A DNA stretch of 64,000 nucleotides from an uncultured Candidatus Saccharibacteria bacterium (GCA_964530725.1 CAZGYV010000003.1:9744-73743); one strand, 5' to 3'. Numbered from the stretch's first letter, positions 10,203 to 25,048 are shown. The notes: generated by a model not told the origin, from the sequence alone. Program-made: numbers and translations.

Positions 10203-10224
10203 ATTGAAGTTTTGCAAAAATTAT

Positions 10225-12342
<2,118 letters not shown>

Positions 12343-12411
12343 AAAAGTTTATAAATCCTTTTGAGTTAAATTTTAGCCAATACTAAAACTGGCGTTTTAC
12401 ATACTTGGAGA

Positions 12412-12440
12412 ATTATAGATTAAAACTGCAGTTTTTTCAA
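12412..12440 (-). promoter_or_regulatory. candidate strong sigma70 promoter for fusA (TTGAAA-17-TATAAT)
   Basis: The minus strand reads TTGAAAaaactgcagttttaatcTATAAT about 65 nt upstream of the fusA ATG. This implies fusA is transcribed independently of rpsL-rpsG. Confidence 0.45.
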
Positions 12441-12496
12441 GAGCACTAGGCTAGAAGATCGGAAAAATACTCCAAGCCCATAACGGCACGCGTCAA

Positions 12497-14596
12497 TTAC
12501 TGCTTAATCAGCCAGCATGTTCCAGCACAGGTGTATTTGGCGGTTCTCTCAGCGTAGTTCTTGGACAAATCAGAGCCGTTTTTACCAACTGAGAATACCT
12601 GGACCTTGTAGGTTGCTCCGTTTGCCAAACCATATACCTTGTGGCTGGTAGTATTGGCACTGTTAATATTATTGAATTCTTTTAGCACGCCATCGGCCAA
12701 GACCTTGACCTTGTAGCCAGAGACTTGTGACCTGTCGACTGGCGGTGTCCAGGTAGCCAACAGGTAGTTATTCCACTTGCCCCAATCCCATTTTAAGATC
12801 ATGTTGGCCTCACTCGGTGACGGGATCGATATGACAGGATTGGTAATGGTAATAGAAATCGGCTCGCTTGATGCCGAGGAGCCGGCGTCATCGGTGGCTC
12901 GGACGCTGATCACGTAAGTACCGGCGGCCACGCCTGGCCATGAGTACTCGTATGGCGCTGTGGCATCTTCGGCCAGCTTAGTCTCGCCATTGAAGAATTC
13001 CACTTTAGAAATCGAGCCATCGGTGTCAGCGGCCGTAGCGTCGATACTGATGGTAGCCGGGGCATAAAATACTGTGCTCGCGCTCGGTGATGTCAATGAA
13101 ACCGTTGGCGGCTGGTTGGGGCTTGGTTTTGTCACTGTGACAGCTGCCGAATTAGCAGACTTACCAGAAGCATCGTAGGCTTTGGCATAGACGGTGTGCG
13201 TGCCAGATGTTACGGTGGTGGTGTCCCAGCTGTATTCGTAGGGGCTAGTGCTGTCGCTGCTAGCAAGCACGTTATCGATGTAGAATTCCACCTTTGTCAC
13301 TGCTATGTCGTCACTGGCCGAGGCACCGACCTGCACTTCGCCGGATATTTTAGCATTTTGCGCCGGTGACTGCATGGCGACTTCTGGCGCTGATGTATCT
13401 GTCGGGCCGCACCTAGTGGTGGCAAATTCAGTGATAGCGGCCTGGAGGTTAGCCTGATTGGCCGCAGTGTAGCCAAAGCTCTCGGCATAAACCTCAAGAT
13501 AGGTGCCGTAAAGCGGATCAGAGCCGAGATTGCGGTACATTTGAGCCCACAGATCGGTGTAATTATCGAATTGGTCATACATCTGCATGCCGCGATAAGC
13601 CTCGCGAGCGGTCGGTGTGCCTTTGTTGGCGTCTAGGCCGCTGTATTTGCCATATCCATTGCCCTGGACTAGCAGCCGGCCGCTCCAATTGGCCCACTGC
13701 GGGTGCGCACCAGCGTCAAGCATGTAGCTGAGCAACTGCGTCGTGGCGCTGCGGCCATCTGGACTGCTGTTCCAGCCGGAGAGCGGAAACTCCACCGACA
13801 GATCGGGGTAGTTTTTAACCCTCTCGTAGACAATATCGGCCAAACGCTTGTGGCCTGACAGCCATTTTTCTATGGTCAGACCATCGTCGAGCATCTCATC
13901 GTGATAATTCAGTTCCGCCCAATCGCGCCCGTACCACGGCATATGGATGAGCTTGATGTTATTGGCCTGGGCGTAGGCAACCAGACTATCGACTAGCTTA
14001 GTGTACTCGGCTTCAAAAGCTAAATTAGGCTCAAAGCCAGTGCTGCTTGGGTTGTAAGGCAGAGGCACCTTGGGTGATTTTAGCGCATCTTCCTGATCAC
14101 CGTTGGCCAAATTATTGTCAGCATCCCTGAGATAGTAATACATGCCTGATTGTGCAAACAGCCGAGCCGGGGATTTGCTACCAGCGATAACGCGGATGGT
14201 GTAATCTTGACTCGGATAGACTGCTACGATAGATTTTGCCTGGTTGAGTATGGCCGGGTTAAATACGCCGCCGGAATCAATCGAGCTCCAATTGGTTCGA
14301 AAACTGAGTCCGCGCATATTTTGATAGCTCAGGCCCTGCTTGATGGTATTGGTCACGTTTGTGAGCTGAGTGGTGGTAGCAGCCTCCTTGAGCACCCAAG
14401 TACCGCAAAAACGATCGGTCAAAGTGTTTCTTGGAGGCGCAGCCGCAGCAAAGCTCTTGATGACAAAATAGCCGATGACCGCCAGCAGCGCCAGCAGCGC
14501 GAATAAAGTGGTGGATTTATATTTGGGGTTATTTTTCAATCGCTTAAAGCTAGCGACGCGTGATTTTGTTTTTCTTGTTTGTTTTTTAGCGGGCAT
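12497..14596 (-). CDS. membrane-anchored surface protein: N-terminal signal anchor, central catalytic-like globular domain, two Ig-like (Big) repeats and a C-terminal FN3-like domain
   Basis: Lys/Arg-rich N-terminus then a TM helix (LFALLALLAVIGYFVI). Two repeats carry the ...PYEYSWDTT.../...PYEYSWPGV... Ig-like signature seen in glycosidase/protease accessory domains. The C-terminal approximately 100 aa have FN3-like beta-sandwich periodicity. The catalytic family is not identified. Confidence 0.7.
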   Translation of the reverse strand: MPAKKQTRKTKSRVASFKRLKNNPKYKSTTLFALLALLAVIGYFVIKSFAAAAPPRNTLTDRFCGTWVLKEAATTTQLTNVTNTIKQGLSYQNMRGLSFRTNWSSIDSGGVFNPAILNQAKSIVAVYPSQDYTIRVIAGSKSPARLFAQSGMYYYLRDADNNLANGDQEDALKSPKVPLPYNPSSTGFEPNLAFEAEYTKLVDSLVAYAQANNIKLIHMPWYGRDWAELNYHDEMLDDGLTIEKWLSGHKRLADIVYERVKNYPDLSVEFPLSGWNSSPDGRSATTQLLSYMLDAGAHPQWANWSGRLLVQGNGYGKYSGLDANKGTPTAREAYRGMQMYDQFDNYTDLWAQMYRNLGSDPLYGTYLEVYAESFGYTAANQANLQAAITEFATTRCGPTDTSAPEVAMQSPAQNAKISGEVQVGASASDDIAVTKVEFYIDNVLASSDSTSPYEYSWDTTTVTSGTHTVYAKAYDASGKSANSAAVTVTKPSPNQPPTVSLTSPSASTVFYAPATISIDATAADTDGSISKVEFFNGETKLAEDATAPYEYSWPGVAAGTYVISVRATDDAGSSASSEPISITITNPVISIPSPSEANMILKWDWGKWNNYLLATWTPPVDRSQVSGYKVKVLADGVLKEFNNINSANTTSHKVYGLANGATYKVQVFSVGKNGSDLSKNYAERTAKYTCAGTCWLIKQ

Positions 14597-14649
14597 ATTG
14601 AACCTAATTTATTATGCTTAAGCTTAAAGCAAATTATCGCAAAAATCAA

Positions 14650-14682
14650 CAAAACCAAAAACCACCCTTGCGGCAGGGTGGC
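14650..14682 (-). terminator. intrinsic terminator downstream of rpsG
   Basis: CCACCCT-loop-AGGGTGG stem followed on the minus strand by TTTTTGGTTTTGTTG, 20 nt after the rpsG stop. Confidence 0.5.
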
Positions 14683-14704
14683 TTTCAAGCGCTTTGACTA
14701 ATTT

Positions 14705-15181
14705 TTAATACCGGGCGAAGTGGGCGAAGGCCTTGTTGGCCTCGGCCATGCGATGGGTGTCTTCTTTTTTGCGGATGGCCTCACCAGTGTTGTTGTAGGC
14801 GTCAAGCAGCTCAACAGCTAGCTTATGGTCAAATGATTTACCGGATTTATGGCGAGCAGCATCTAGTATCCAAATCATCGCGTAGTGAATCTTGCGATCA
14901 CCTCGCACTTCGATTGGTACTTGGTAGTTAGCACCGCCAATACGCTTGCTTTTCACCTGTACCTGGGGGCTAGCGTTTTTAATGGCTGCCTCAAATACTT
15001 CGACGGGGTCTTTTTTGGCCTTTTGGCCGACTTCCTCGAGAGCGGCATACACCAACGTTTCGGCTAAGCGCTTTTTGCCATCTTTCATGACTTTGTTGAT
15101 CATGCGCGTTACCATGACATTTTGATAAACAATATCAGCTGGCAATTCGCGTTTGAGAGATTTAGTTTTTTTACGTGGCAT
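14705..15181 (-). CDS. rpsG: 30S ribosomal protein S7
   Basis: MPRKKTKSLKRELPADIVYQ..., 158 aa, canonical S7. Confidence 0.9.
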   Translation of the reverse strand: MPRKKTKSLKRELPADIVYQNVMVTRMINKVMKDGKKRLAETLVYAALEEVGQKAKKDPVEVFEAAIKNASPQVQVKSKRIGGANYQVPIEVRGDRKIHYAMIWILDAARHKSGKSFDHKLAVELLDAYNNTGEAIRKKEDTHRMAEANKAFAHFARY

Positions 15182-15184
15182 GGA

Positions 15185-15604
15185 TTAGCCCTTCGCTTTC
15201 TCTAGTTTAGCACCGTACTTACTGCGACCCTGCTTACGATTGGCAGTACCAGCGGTATCAAGCGCGCCGCGAACAATGTGATAGCGCACGCCGGGAAGGT
15301 CTTTGACGCGACCACCGCGAATCAACACCACCGAGTGCTCTTGCAGGTTGTGACCAATACCAGGAATGTAAGCTGTCACCTCCATACCGTTCGTAAGGCG
15401 CACACGAGCCACCTTACGAAGCGCGGAGTTGGGCTTTTTCGGTGTCTGCGTAAAAACCTTGACACAAACACCACGCTTAAAAGGTGAATTACTCGTATTG
15501 ACGCGGCCTTTTAAGGCATTGAAGCTACGGCCTAAAGCCGGCGCCTTGCTTTTACGTCTGGCGTCTTTTCTTGGTTTGCGAATTAGTTGGTTGATTGTAG
15601 GCAT
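15185..15604 (-). CDS. rpsL: 30S ribosomal protein S12
   Basis: [13 protein letters not shown]...[11 protein letters not shown], canonical S12. Confidence 0.9.
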   Translation of the reverse strand: MPTINQLIRKPRKDARRKSKAPALGRSFNALKGRVNTSNSPFKRGVCVKVFTQTPKKPNSALRKVARVRLTNGMEVTAYIPGIGHNLQEHSVVLIRGGRVKDLPGVRYHIVRGALDTAGTANRKQGRSKYGAKLEKAKG

Positions 15605-15678
15605 AGTGTCTAAAAGTGTAACTTGGTTAGTTTACCAGATTAAGCCCACGTGGTCAAGAAGCGAACTCCTGTCCACGC

Positions 15679-18600
15679 TTATTTCTCACTCTCGTCATCG
15701 CGAAAGCCCGTACCGACCGGTATTAGGCGGCCGATGATGACATTCTCTTTGAGGCCACGAAGCTTGTCGTGCTTACCGCGCATAGCAGCACCAATCAAGA
15801 CACGAGTCGTTTCCTGGAAAGAAGCGGCCGACAGCCAGCTGTCTGAGGTGGTCGAGATCTTGGTGATCGACAACAACAACTGCTCGTAAGTTGCCAGCTG
15901 GCCTTTTTCGGACTTAACACGGACATTTTCTTCTTCCAGAGCGGTACGTGAGACAACTTCGCCAGAAATAAAGCTGGCATCATTTGGCTCTTCAATTCGC
16001 ACCCGGCTAAACATCTGGCGAATAATCACTTCGATGTGCTTAGAAGCGATAGTTTGGCCCTGGCTGGAATAAATGGACTGGACCTCATCGACGATGTAGC
16101 GCTGAACAGCCTCTTCACCCAAGAGACGCAGCATATCTTGCAAATTAACCGAGCCTTCGGTTAATTTTTGCCCAACCGTAACCAAGTCACCTTTTTTCAC
16201 CTCTAGAGTGACGTGTGCTGGAATGGTATATTCGCGGCTAGCACCGCCATCGTGGGTTAGGACAATGGCAGTTTTACCAACCTTGACAGTACCATCGGCC
16301 GAGGCCTTCACGCTCTTCTTACCATCTTTGGCAGTCGCTAAAACATCACCATGCTTAACCACTTGACCAGTTTTAACTTTAGTTTTCATCGTAGCATCGA
16401 TCTTATAATCAGTCGTTTTAAGATCAGGTGGTGCAATGCGGATAATCTGCTTGCCATCGTGATCCCTAATGGCAACTACGCCATCAACTTCGGAGAGAAT
16501 CGCCTCGCCTTTTGGATTACGGGCTTCGAATATCTCCTCAACCCGGGGTAAACCTTGAGTGATATCTTCAGCGCTAGCCACACCACCGGCGTGGAAGGTT
16601 TTCATGGTAAGCTGCGTGCCCGGCTCGCCAATACTCTGAGCGGCCACAATACCAACAGCTTCACCAAGTGCCACTCCGGCACCACGGGCCAAGTCTAGAC
16701 CATAACACTTCTGGCAGATGCCCCAAGTTGCCTTACATTTTAGTACCGAGCGAATTCTAACTGATTCAAGCTGTGCTTTGGCAATCTGACGAGCTATCTC
16801 GTCAGTAATCATAGCATTGCGCTTAACCAATACTTTACCAGTGGCAGAATCGATAATCTGAGCAGCAGCCACTCGGCCAACCACCCAGCTAGCTAAGCTA
16901 TCTTCACCAACAGCCAAAGCCTCGGCCGTAGTCAAGCTATAGCCTTCTTTATCACCACAGTCTTCGATGGTCACAACAATATCCTGAGCCACGTCGACCA
17001 AGCGACGAGTTAAGTAGCCCGATTCGGCCGTCTTAAGCGCGGTGTCGGTCAGACCCTTGCGAGCACCGTGGGTTGAAATAAAGTATTCCAAGACCGACAA
17101 ACCTTCTCGATAGTTACTCTTGATTGGTAGCTCGATCGTCTTACCAGTCGGATCAAGCACCAGCCCCAAGAATCCAGCCATCTGGTTCACCTGACCAACT
17201 GTTGCCCGAGCACCCGATTCAATGTCGCGGGCCAGCGACGAGGTAACTGGATCGAGTTCACTAACCAATTCCTTTTCGACTTGCTCGCCGACTTGCTTCC
17301 AGGCTTCGATCGTCTTCTCATAACGCTCGTCGTCAGTGATGAAACCCTGCTCGTATTGTCTGGCGTATTCGATCACTTTCTTTTCGCCTTCATCGATAAT
17401 GGCTTGCTTATTAGCAGGCGACACCAAGTCATCGATACCAATTGAAATACCTGATTGAGTAGCATAACGGAAACCTAAATCTTTAATGTCGTCAGCTAGC
17501 TTAGCGGTTGCTTCATTGCCAAACTCCGCAAAAACCTTGGCCATGATCTTTTTAAGCTCCGATTTGGTCATAGTCTTGTTGAGAAACTCAATGTTTGATG
17601 GCAAGATTTCTTGGAATAGCAAACGGCCGACAGTCGTCTCGGCTAATTCGCCATTTAGACGAACTTTCACCTTGGCTTGCAAGGCAACTGCGCCATCGGC
17701 CTGGGCGTAAATAGCCTCGGCCGGATCGCCAAAAACTTTACCTTCACCCGTCAAGCCGTCTTTGGCCAGCGTCAGATAGTAACAGCCCAGTACGATATCT
17801 TGAGCGGCATTAACAATTGGCTCACCACTCGATGGCTTGAGCAAGTTGTGCTTAGACAGCATAATATCGCGCGCTTCTTTCTGCGAAGCTTCGGACAGGG
17901 GCACGTGGACGGCCATCTGGTCGCCATCAAAGTCGGCATTGAAGGCCGCGCAGACCATCGGGTGCAACTGAATAGCCTTACCTTCGATCAGAATTGGCTT
18001 AAAAGCTTGAATACCAAGCCTGTGCAAGGTTGGCGCGCGATTCAAAAGCACGTACTTGTCCTTGATGACTTCATCGAGAGTATCCCAAACTTCGGTTCTA
18101 GCCCGCTCGATCATACGACTGGCACTTTTGACATTGTGAGCATAACCGTGAGCGATTAAGCGTCCGACTACGAACGGCTTAAACAACTCTAACGCCATCA
18201 TCTTAGGCAAACCACACTGGTTGAGCTTGAGGTGCGGACCGATCACGATGACCGATCGACCAGAGTAGTCAACCCGCTTACCAAGCAAGTTCTGGCGGAA
18301 TCGTCCTTGCTTGCCTTTGAGCAGGTCAGTCAAGCTCTTGGGTTTCTTGCGTCCGCCAGCAGCAGATACTGTGCGCTCACGACGAGCATTGTTGTCAATC
18401 AAAGCGTCAACCGCTTCTTGAAGCATACGTTTTTCATTGCGGCAGATAACTTCCGGCGCTTCGAGCTCGTAGAGTTTTTTCAATCGATTATTGCGATTAA
18501 TCACCCGGCGGTAAAGATCATTCAAATCGGAAGCTGCGAATCGGCCGCCATCAAGCTGTACCATTGGCCGCAAATCAGGCGGAATAACTGGCAGTTCAGT

Positions 18601-19464
18601 GATAATCATCCACTCGGGACGCAAACCAGCCTGCACCATGCCTTCAATCATCTTCAAACGTTTTAAAGCTTTTTTCTTCTTTTGCCCAACCGAATCGGCC
18701 GCCTCTTTAGAGAGATTTTTTGCCAATTCTTCCAAGTCAATTTCGCTCAAGAGCTGTCTAATCGCCTCAGCGCCAATACCAGCCCGGAAAACTTCACCAA
18801 ATTTTAAGTTGAGCTCACGGTAGCGACCTTCCGGCAGCAACTGATATTTAGCGAGGTTCAAAAGCTCGGTCTTAGCATTGGTGTAGTTTAATTCTAGCTC
18901 GGTCAACTCATCTTCGACTTCTTTCGCTAACATCTGGCCGTCTTTGACATCATGCTTCTTGATAATGTCAGCTCGACGAGTCTTAAAATCCTCTTCCAGA
19001 TCTCTGAGCGCCTTTTCTCGCGCCTCATCGTTAACATCGGTCACGACAAAGTTAGCGAAGTAAATAACTCGCTCCAAATCGCGGACTCCGATATTTAATA
19101 CTAGACCAATGCTTGATGGCGTGCCGCGCAGCAGCCAGATGTGAGCGATTGGCACGGCCAAGCGAATGTGACCCATACGCTCACGGCGCACGATCGAGCG
19201 CGTCACCAAGACGCCACACTTATCACAAACAATGCTTTTATAGCGAATGCCTTTGTATTTGCCGCAGTAACACTGCCAGTCTTTGGTCGGACCAAAAATC
19301 TTTTCGCAGAAGAGGCCGTCTTTTTCTGGCTTTTGAGTCCGGTAGTTAATCGTTTCCGGCTTGGTTATTTCACCATTTGACCAGTTTAAAATCTGCTCTG
19401 GTGAAGCCATCGACAAGCTGATAGCTTCGAAGTCGATTGTGGTTTGATCGCTTGCGAGTGTCAT
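15679..19464 (-). CDS. rpoC: DNA-directed RNA polymerase subunit beta'
   Basis: 1261 aa with the zinc-finger CxxC...CxxC N-terminus, NADFDGD catalytic motif and trigger loop region. Confidence 0.95.
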   Translation of the reverse strand: MTLASDQTTIDFEAISLSMASPEQILNWSNGEITKPETINYRTQKPEKDGLFCEKIFGPTKDWQCYCGKYKGIRYKSIVCDKCGVLVTRSIVRRERMGHIRLAVPIAHIWLLRGTPSSIGLVLNIGVRDLERVIYFANFVVTDVNDEAREKALRDLEEDFKTRRADIIKKHDVKDGQMLAKEVEDELTELELNYTNAKTELLNLAKYQLLPEGRYRELNLKFGEVFRAGIGAEAIRQLLSEIDLEELAKNLSKEAADSVGQKKKKALKRLKMIEGMVQAGLRPEWMIITELPVIPPDLRPMVQLDGGRFAASDLNDLYRRVINRNNRLKKLYELEAPEVICRNEKRMLQEAVDALIDNNARRERTVSAAGGRKKPKSLTDLLKGKQGRFRQNLLGKRVDYSGRSVIVIGPHLKLNQCGLPKMMALELFKPFVVGRLIAHGYAHNVKSASRMIERARTEVWDTLDEVIKDKYVLLNRAPTLHRLGIQAFKPILIEGKAIQLHPMVCAAFNADFDGDQMAVHVPLSEASQKEARDIMLSKHNLLKPSSGEPIVNAAQDIVLGCYYLTLAKDGLTGEGKVFGDPAEAIYAQADGAVALQAKVKVRLNGELAETTVGRLLFQEILPSNIEFLNKTMTKSELKKIMAKVFAEFGNEATAKLADDIKDLGFRYATQSGISIGIDDLVSPANKQAIIDEGEKKVIEYARQYEQGFITDDERYEKTIEAWKQVGEQVEKELVSELDPVTSSLARDIESGARATVGQVNQMAGFLGLVLDPTGKTIELPIKSNYREGLSVLEYFISTHGARKGLTDTALKTAESGYLTRRLVDVAQDIVVTIEDCGDKEGYSLTTAEALAVGEDSLASWVVGRVAAAQIIDSATGKVLVKRNAMITDEIARQIAKAQLESVRIRSVLKCKATWGICQKCYGLDLARGAGVALGEAVGIVAAQSIGEPGTQLTMKTFHAGGVASAEDITQGLPRVEEIFEARNPKGEAILSEVDGVVAIRDHDGKQIIRIAPPDLKTTDYKIDATMKTKVKTGQVVKHGDVLATAKDGKKSVKASADGTVKVGKTAIVLTHDGGASREYTIPAHVTLEVKKGDLVTVGQKLTEGSVNLQDMLRLLGEEAVQRYIVDEVQSIYSSQGQTIASKHIEVIIRQMFSRVRIEEPNDASFISGEVVSRTALEEENVRVKSEKGQLATYEQLLLSITKISTTSDSWLSAASFQETTRVLIGAAMRGKHDKLRGLKENVIIGRLIPVGTGFRDDESEK

Positions 19465-19465
19465 C

Positions 19466-22400
19466 TTATTTCTCCTCTTCTTCTGTTAGGCTGGTTTCTT
19501 TTTCACTTTTATTAGCCGCGCCTTCGGCTAGAGCCGCGAAATCATCTTCGCCGCCCGCCTCTAGGTCAACTACGGGATTGTCCTCGATCGCATTCGTGCC
19601 TTCGAGTAGCTTTTCATCGCCCAAATCAACCGCGTCGTCTTTAATCGCATGCGCAATTAGCTCTTCGGCGTCTAACTCGGCACCGTCAGATTTTTCCAGC
19701 TCGACAGCCATCGACAGACTTTGCAATTCTTTGACCAAGACGTGGAATGACTCCGGAATACGGGGGCCTTTAATCTCTTCGTCCTTGATAATCGACTCAT
19801 AGGCCTTAGATCGGCCAATTACGTCATCAGACTTGATCGTCAGTATTTCCTGCAAGCTGTTGGCGGCACCATAGGCCTCCAGCGCCCAGACTTCCATCTC
19901 GCCAAACCGCTGCCCACCCATTTGAGCTTTACCGCCCAATGGCTGCTGCGTGACCATGGCGTATGGCCCGGTCGAACGCGCGTGAATCTTATCATCAACC
20001 ATGTGTTGGAGTTTTAGCATGTAATTGTAGCCGATGGTGGTTTTCTCGGCGAAAGGCTCGCCGGTGTGACCATCATAAAGCTGCGCCTTGCCGTCCTCTG
20101 GCAAGCCCGCTTTTTTAAGCTCACCCTTGATTTGATCGATTGAAATACCATCAAACACTGGCGTAGCCACATTGTAACCAAGGGTTTTAGCAGCCCAACC
20201 CAAGTGGGTCTCGAGTATCTGACCCAAGTTCATACGGGCACCCACACCTAGAGGGTTAAGGATGATATCAACTGGCGTACCATCTGCCGTGTAGGGCATA
20301 TCTTCGGTTGGTAGAATTCGTGAAATTACGCCCTTGTTGCCATGCCGGCCGGCCATCTTATCGCCAACCGAGATCTTGCGCATCTGCGCCACGTCAACAT
20401 AGATCTGTTCCAAAACTCCAGCTGGCAATTCGTCGCCATTCTCACGACTCAATACCTTAATGCCGACAACCTTACCTACGGCGCCGTTTGGCAAGCGCAG
20501 GCTGGAATCCTTGACGTCGCGAGCTTTTTCGCCAAAAATTGCCCGCAACAAGCGCTCTTCGCTCGAGAGATCAGTCTCGCCTTTGGGCGTGATCTTACCC
20601 ACTAAAATGTCACCAGCACCGACTTCGGCACCAATTCGAACAACGCCGTTTTCATCTAAATCTTTAAGGGCTTCTTCGCTGACATTCGGGATGTCATGGG
20701 TTACTATTTCTGAACCAAGCTTGGTATCGCGCACGTCTATCTGGTGGGTTTCAATGTGAATCGAAGTGTAACGATCAGCTTGCACCAAGCGCTGAGAGAT
20801 AATGATCGCGTCTTCGTAGTTGAGGCCATTAAATGGCATGAAGGCTACTAACACGTTTTGGCCAAGCGCCAGCTCGCCGTTGACGGTACTCATACCATCA
20901 ACCAAGACGTCGCCTTTTTTAACCTTCTGGCCAGCCGCCACTAAAACACGTTGATGGATCGAGGAGCCCTGATTAGAGCGGGTGAAATTAATCAACTCAT
21001 AGGTCTTGCTGTCACTATTCTTGTACTTGACTGTCACTGCTTCGGCGGTGGCATTAACGACTTCACCGTCAGCTTCGGCCAAAATAACCTGACCTGAATC
21101 CTGGGCCGCCTTAGCCTCAATACCAGTACCGACCACCGGAGCCTGTGGCCGCACCAACGCCACAGCCTGACGTTGCATGTTTGCGCCCATCAAAGCCCGC
21201 TTGGCATTATCGTGCTCCAAGAACGGAATCAAAGCTGTCGATACGCTCACAATTTGCTTCGACGAGACATCCATGTAATCGACATTGTCAGCTACTTCTT
21301 CATCAGCCTCGCCCTTGATACCACGTACCGATACGCGAGCGTCTTTGAAGTAGCCATTTTCATCGGTTGGCGTATTGGCCTGAGCGATAACAGCCTTTTC
21401 TTCATCGGATGCATCTAGATAAACGATTTCTTTGGTCAGACGAGCTTTAATCGGTACTAAGTCAATGTTGGCTTTATCTAGTTTTTTAATCGTCGCTTCG
21501 GTGATTTTGTCACCCACTTTAACGATAACAGTACCTTTGCTGTCTTTGATTATTTTTCGGGCGATTTCACCAGCAGCTTTTTTAGCTGGCACTTCATTGA
21601 GTACCCGCAAATACGGGCTTTCGATGAAACCGTATTCGTTGACCCGAGCGTAAGTAGCCAATGTCGAAACAAGACCGATATTCGGACCTTCCGGCGTCTC
21701 GATCGGACAAATCCGGCCGTAGTGAGTCCTGTGAACGTCACGCACCTCGAAGCCAGCTCGCTCGCGCGACAGTCCGCCCGGCCCCATAGCGTTGAGGCGA
21801 CGCTTATGAACTATCTCCGCTAACGGATTCACTTGGTCCATAAACTGTGACAATTGGTGGCTAGCGAAAAACTCTTTGACACTAGCAACAATCGGCCGTA
21901 CATTGATCAGCTGACCAGGAGTAATTGACTCGGGATCAGCCACGCTCATACGGTCCTTGATGATACGCTCCATGCGCACCAAACCAATGCGGAATTTAGC
22001 TTGGATTAGCTCGCCCACCATCTTGAGGCGGCGATTGCCCAAGTGATCAATGTCCTCACCGCGAGCACCGTCATTGCTCATACGGATAATCTCGCGAATA
22101 ATCTCAATCAAATCTTCTTTGTGCAAGACTCGATTTTCTGGTGTGTTCGGGGTTTTAAGGCCAAGACGCTTATTGATTTTGTAGCGACCAACTTTAGAAA
22201 AATCGTAACGCTTAAAATCGAAAAACATCGAATCAATCAAGCTCTTCGAGTTGTCAACTGTCGCCAAATCACCCGGGCGAATACGACGGTAAACTTCCAT
22301 CAGAGCTTCAGCAGTGCTGCTTGACGGATCTTTGACAATCGTCTCGTCGATAAATTTAACTTCACCTTGGTCAACATCGGCAAACAACGTTTTAAGATCT

Positions 22401-22999
22401 TTGTCGCTACCGTAGCCAAAAGCCCGCAACAGCGTCGTAACCGGCAGCTTGCGTTTGCGGTCAATCTTGACGCTCATCACCCCGTTAGGAGCAGTCTCGA
22501 TCTCGAGCCAAGCACCGCGGCTAGGGATGATTTTGGCGCCCAAGTATTCATTGCCGGCACTGTTATCGGTCGTGAAAAACACGCCAGGTGAGCGCACCAA
22601 CTGCGACACCACTACCCGCTCGACACCGTTGATAATAAAAGTACCGCGATCGGTCATGATCGGGAAGTCACCCATAAATATTTCTTGGTTTTTGGTCTCG
22701 CCGGTTTCTTTATTAACTAGCTCGATCACTGCCCGCAGGCTGGCTTCGTAGCTGATATTTTTTTCTTTGGCTTGCGACTCGGTGTATTTTGGAGCCTCAA
22801 AATGATAATCGCGGAAATATAGGGCGTATTTTTTGCCTGTAAAGTCTTCGACTGGAGAAACTTCTTCGAATAATTCCTTGAGACCTTGCTCGACAAACCA
22901 GTGGTAAGATTCAGTTTGAATCTCTATTAAATTTGGTAGGGGCAAAATGTCTTTATTTTTGTTTAGATAAACGCGCTCGGGGGTTTTGGCTTTGGGCAT
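19466..22999 (-). CDS. rpoB: DNA-directed RNA polymerase subunit beta (with acidic C-terminal tail)
   Basis: 1177 aa with rifampicin-cluster and catalytic-region motifs. Its stop lies 1 nt from the rpoC ATG. It ends in a roughly 70-aa Asp/Glu-rich tail. Confidence 0.95.
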   Translation of the reverse strand: MPKAKTPERVYLNKNKDILPLPNLIEIQTESYHWFVEQGLKELFEEVSPVEDFTGKKYALYFRDYHFEAPKYTESQAKEKNISYEASLRAVIELVNKETGETKNQEIFMGDFPIMTDRGTFIINGVERVVVSQLVRSPGVFFTTDNSAGNEYLGAKIIPSRGAWLEIETAPNGVMSVKIDRKRKLPVTTLLRAFGYGSDKDLKTLFADVDQGEVKFIDETIVKDPSSSTAEALMEVYRRIRPGDLATVDNSKSLIDSMFFDFKRYDFSKVGRYKINKRLGLKTPNTPENRVLHKEDLIEIIREIIRMSNDGARGEDIDHLGNRRLKMVGELIQAKFRIGLVRMERIIKDRMSVADPESITPGQLINVRPIVASVKEFFASHQLSQFMDQVNPLAEIVHKRRLNAMGPGGLSRERAGFEVRDVHRTHYGRICPIETPEGPNIGLVSTLATYARVNEYGFIESPYLRVLNEVPAKKAAGEIARKIIKDSKGTVIVKVGDKITEATIKKLDKANIDLVPIKARLTKEIVYLDASDEEKAVIAQANTPTDENGYFKDARVSVRGIKGEADEEVADNVDYMDVSSKQIVSVSTALIPFLEHDNAKRALMGANMQRQAVALVRPQAPVVGTGIEAKAAQDSGQVILAEADGEVVNATAEAVTVKYKNSDSKTYELINFTRSNQGSSIHQRVLVAAGQKVKKGDVLVDGMSTVNGELALGQNVLVAFMPFNGLNYEDAIIISQRLVQADRYTSIHIETHQIDVRDTKLGSEIVTHDIPNVSEEALKDLDENGVVRIGAEVGAGDILVGKITPKGETDLSSEERLLRAIFGEKARDVKDSSLRLPNGAVGKVVGIKVLSRENGDELPAGVLEQIYVDVAQMRKISVGDKMAGRHGNKGVISRILPTEDMPYTADGTPVDIILNPLGVGARMNLGQILETHLGWAAKTLGYNVATPVFDGISIDQIKGELKKAGLPEDGKAQLYDGHTGEPFAEKTTIGYNYMLKLQHMVDDKIHARSTGPYAMVTQQPLGGKAQMGGQRFGEMEVWALEAYGAANSLQEILTIKSDDVIGRSKAYESIIKDEEIKGPRIPESFHVLVKELQSLSMAVELEKSDGAELDAEELIAHAIKDDAVDLGDEKLLEGTNAIEDNPVVDLEAGGEDDFAALAEGAANKSEKETSLTEEEEK

Positions 23000-23067
23000 A
23001 TTGAAAAAATACTCCTTGATTACTTTTTGCCGACTAAAAGTTCTAACAGGAGGTTTTTCTAAACGTG

Positions 23068-23106
23068 CAAAAAACCGGCTAGCCTAAGCTATCTCCGGTG
23101 TTTTTA
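23068..23106 (-). terminator. intrinsic terminator downstream of the MFS transporter gene
   Basis: ACCGG...CCGGT stem with internal palindromes, followed on the minus strand by TTTTTTG, 20-40 nt after the stop. Confidence 0.4.
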
Positions 23107-23143
23107 TTGTTTAAGCATCCTCTTGGAGTCTATAATAGTGATT

Positions 23144-24412
23144 TTAATGGCCGCTGTCAACAGTTTTGAGATGATATTTGCGAAAGAAATTACGCTGGAA
23201 GATCGCGTAGATAAATATCAACGCCCCCGCCACGATCAAAACGGTCGTCGGTGACACCAAATCGGCACTAACCCCGGCTAACAACACCGGCAAAGTAGCC
23301 GCGATATTGATCATCATATTAAGTGCCCCAAAAATCTGCCCCCTTGTCTGATCAGTGCTATTAAGCTGCAAAATCGTCTGCGCCGACACGCTCACTAGCG
23401 CGTTTATAAAGCCCAGCGCCAACGCCACAGCCACGACGGCCGGCACCAGTAGTCGCGGGGGCACGATCCTACCAAGCGAACCAAAAATAACCAGCCCCGC
23501 TGCCGCCCCAAACAAACCGATACTGATTAGCTTGGCTCTGTCACTATCACGAAAGATCTGGCCAATCAGCACCGCCCCACCAATCATACCGATACCGGCC
23601 GGCAACACCAATATATATGTGGCTTGACTGAGACTGCGCTCCAACAGCAGCAATGAGAGCGATGGTGCGAGCACGATGATTACATTGGTCATGGCCTGAG
23701 CGATCGTTAACTGCAGGATCGGAAACAGCAATCCGTGGCTTTTCATGATTTTAGACATACTGGTGCGCAAATTGGCCGCTACTTTCTGAGCCAAATCAAT
23801 CAGGCCGACATGGGTTTTATCAGTCGCTCGCAAACTAGGCAAGAAAACACTCAAAATCGCCGCCACGCCAAAAGCTGCCGAAGTGGTGTAGTAAGCCGCG
23901 TCCGGCCCCAGCCCAGCCACCACCGGCCCGGCCAAGGAATAGCCGAGCAAAAAGGAAGCATAGATCGTAAAGATAAACAACGAATTAGCCGGCATGAGGT
24001 CTTTTTTATCGACAACATTTGGCAGAGCCGCGCCTTCGGCTGGAATGAAAAATTGGGTGATCGTCGAGATGATAAAGATTAATAAGTAGATTGCCCATAG
24101 ATTCTGTTCAATCGAGCCGATTAAAAAGCATAACACCAGCCCGGCACGGAGTAAGTTCGAAGCCACCATCACTTTTTTTCGATCGAGATGGTCAATATAA
24201 GCCCCGGCATAGACCGCGAAGAAAATTGATGGAATCCCGAAGCTCAAGATCAGCAAACTAACCGCCACGTTGGCAAAGCGAGTGCCTTGGGCAAGCTCAA
24301 AAACCCTAATTATTAAGGCGAAGTTTAGTAAATTGGAAGCAATTTGCGATAAGAGCTGCGAGCCCCAGAGCTTTAAGAAGTTAAAATTCTTAAATAAATC
24401 GCGATAAACCAA
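23144..24412 (-). CDS. MFS transporter (12-TM, efflux-type)
   Basis: 422 aa, entirely hydrophobic-helical with the MFS-like DRxGRK-type loop (DHLDRKKVMV). Confidence 0.8.
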   Translation of the reverse strand: MVYRDLFKNFNFLKLWGSQLLSQIASNLLNFALIIRVFELAQGTRFANVAVSLLILSFGIPSIFFAVYAGAYIDHLDRKKVMVASNLLRAGLVLCFLIGSIEQNLWAIYLLIFIISTITQFFIPAEGAALPNVVDKKDLMPANSLFIFTIYASFLLGYSLAGPVVAGLGPDAAYYTTSAAFGVAAILSVFLPSLRATDKTHVGLIDLAQKVAANLRTSMSKIMKSHGLLFPILQLTIAQAMTNVIIVLAPSLSLLLLERSLSQATYILVLPAGIGMIGGAVLIGQIFRDSDRAKLISIGLFGAAAGLVIFGSLGRIVPPRLLVPAVVAVALALGFINALVSVSAQTILQLNSTDQTRGQIFGALNMMINIAATLPVLLAGVSADLVSPTTVLIVAGALIFIYAIFQRNFFRKYHLKTVDSGH

Positions 24413-24448
24413 TTGACTGACCGCCTTCCTAAAAAGAGTGTTGTTATT

Positions 24449-25048
24449 TTATGGAGCCTTCGTGATCACTGCGTCAACGATACCATAGTCCTTCGCTTCC
24501 TTGGCCCCCATCCAAAAATCCCGATCCATGTCGGCAGTAACGCGGTCGAGCTTCTGTCCTGTGCGCTCGGCCAAGATCCGGTTTAGCTCCTCCCGGATCT
24601 TCAGGATTTCCTTGGCCGTTATCTCGATATCAGCTGCCGTCCCTTGGAAGCCACCTGATGGCTGATGAATCATTACCCGACTATTAGGCAGACTAAAGCG
24701 CTTACCTTTAGCACCGCAAGCTGCCAGAATCGCACCCATACTAGCAGCCATACCAACCACAATCGTCGACACGTCTGGTGCAACATGCTCCATCGTATCG
24801 AAAATCGCCAACCCCGCTGTGACGCTACCACCAGGCGAGTTGATGTAGAGCTTGATATCAGAATTTGGATCCTCACCCTGCAAGAAAAGTAACTGCGCGA
24901 TCACAAGATTAGCCACCGTGTCATCAATCTCAGTACCGAGAAAAATAATCCGGTCTTTGAGTAGTCGCGAATAAATATCATAAGCCCGCTCGCCCATGCT
25001 TGATTTTTCAATCACGGTTGGGATTAGAATCTGGTTTTTAACGCTCAT
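24449..25048 (-). CDS. clpP: ATP-dependent Clp protease proteolytic subunit
   Basis: [14 protein letters not shown] and catalytic Ser/His/Asp context (MAASMGA, MIHQP); 199 aa. Confidence 0.95.
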   Translation of the reverse strand: MSVKNQILIPTVIEKSSMGERAYDIYSRLLKDRIIFLGTEIDDTVANLVIAQLLFLQGEDPNSDIKLYINSPGGSVTAGLAIFDTMEHVAPDVSTIVVGMAASMGAILAACGAKGKRFSLPNSRVMIHQPSGGFQGTAADIEITAKEILKIREELNRILAERTGQKLDRVTADMDRDFWMGAKEAKDYGIVDAVITKAP

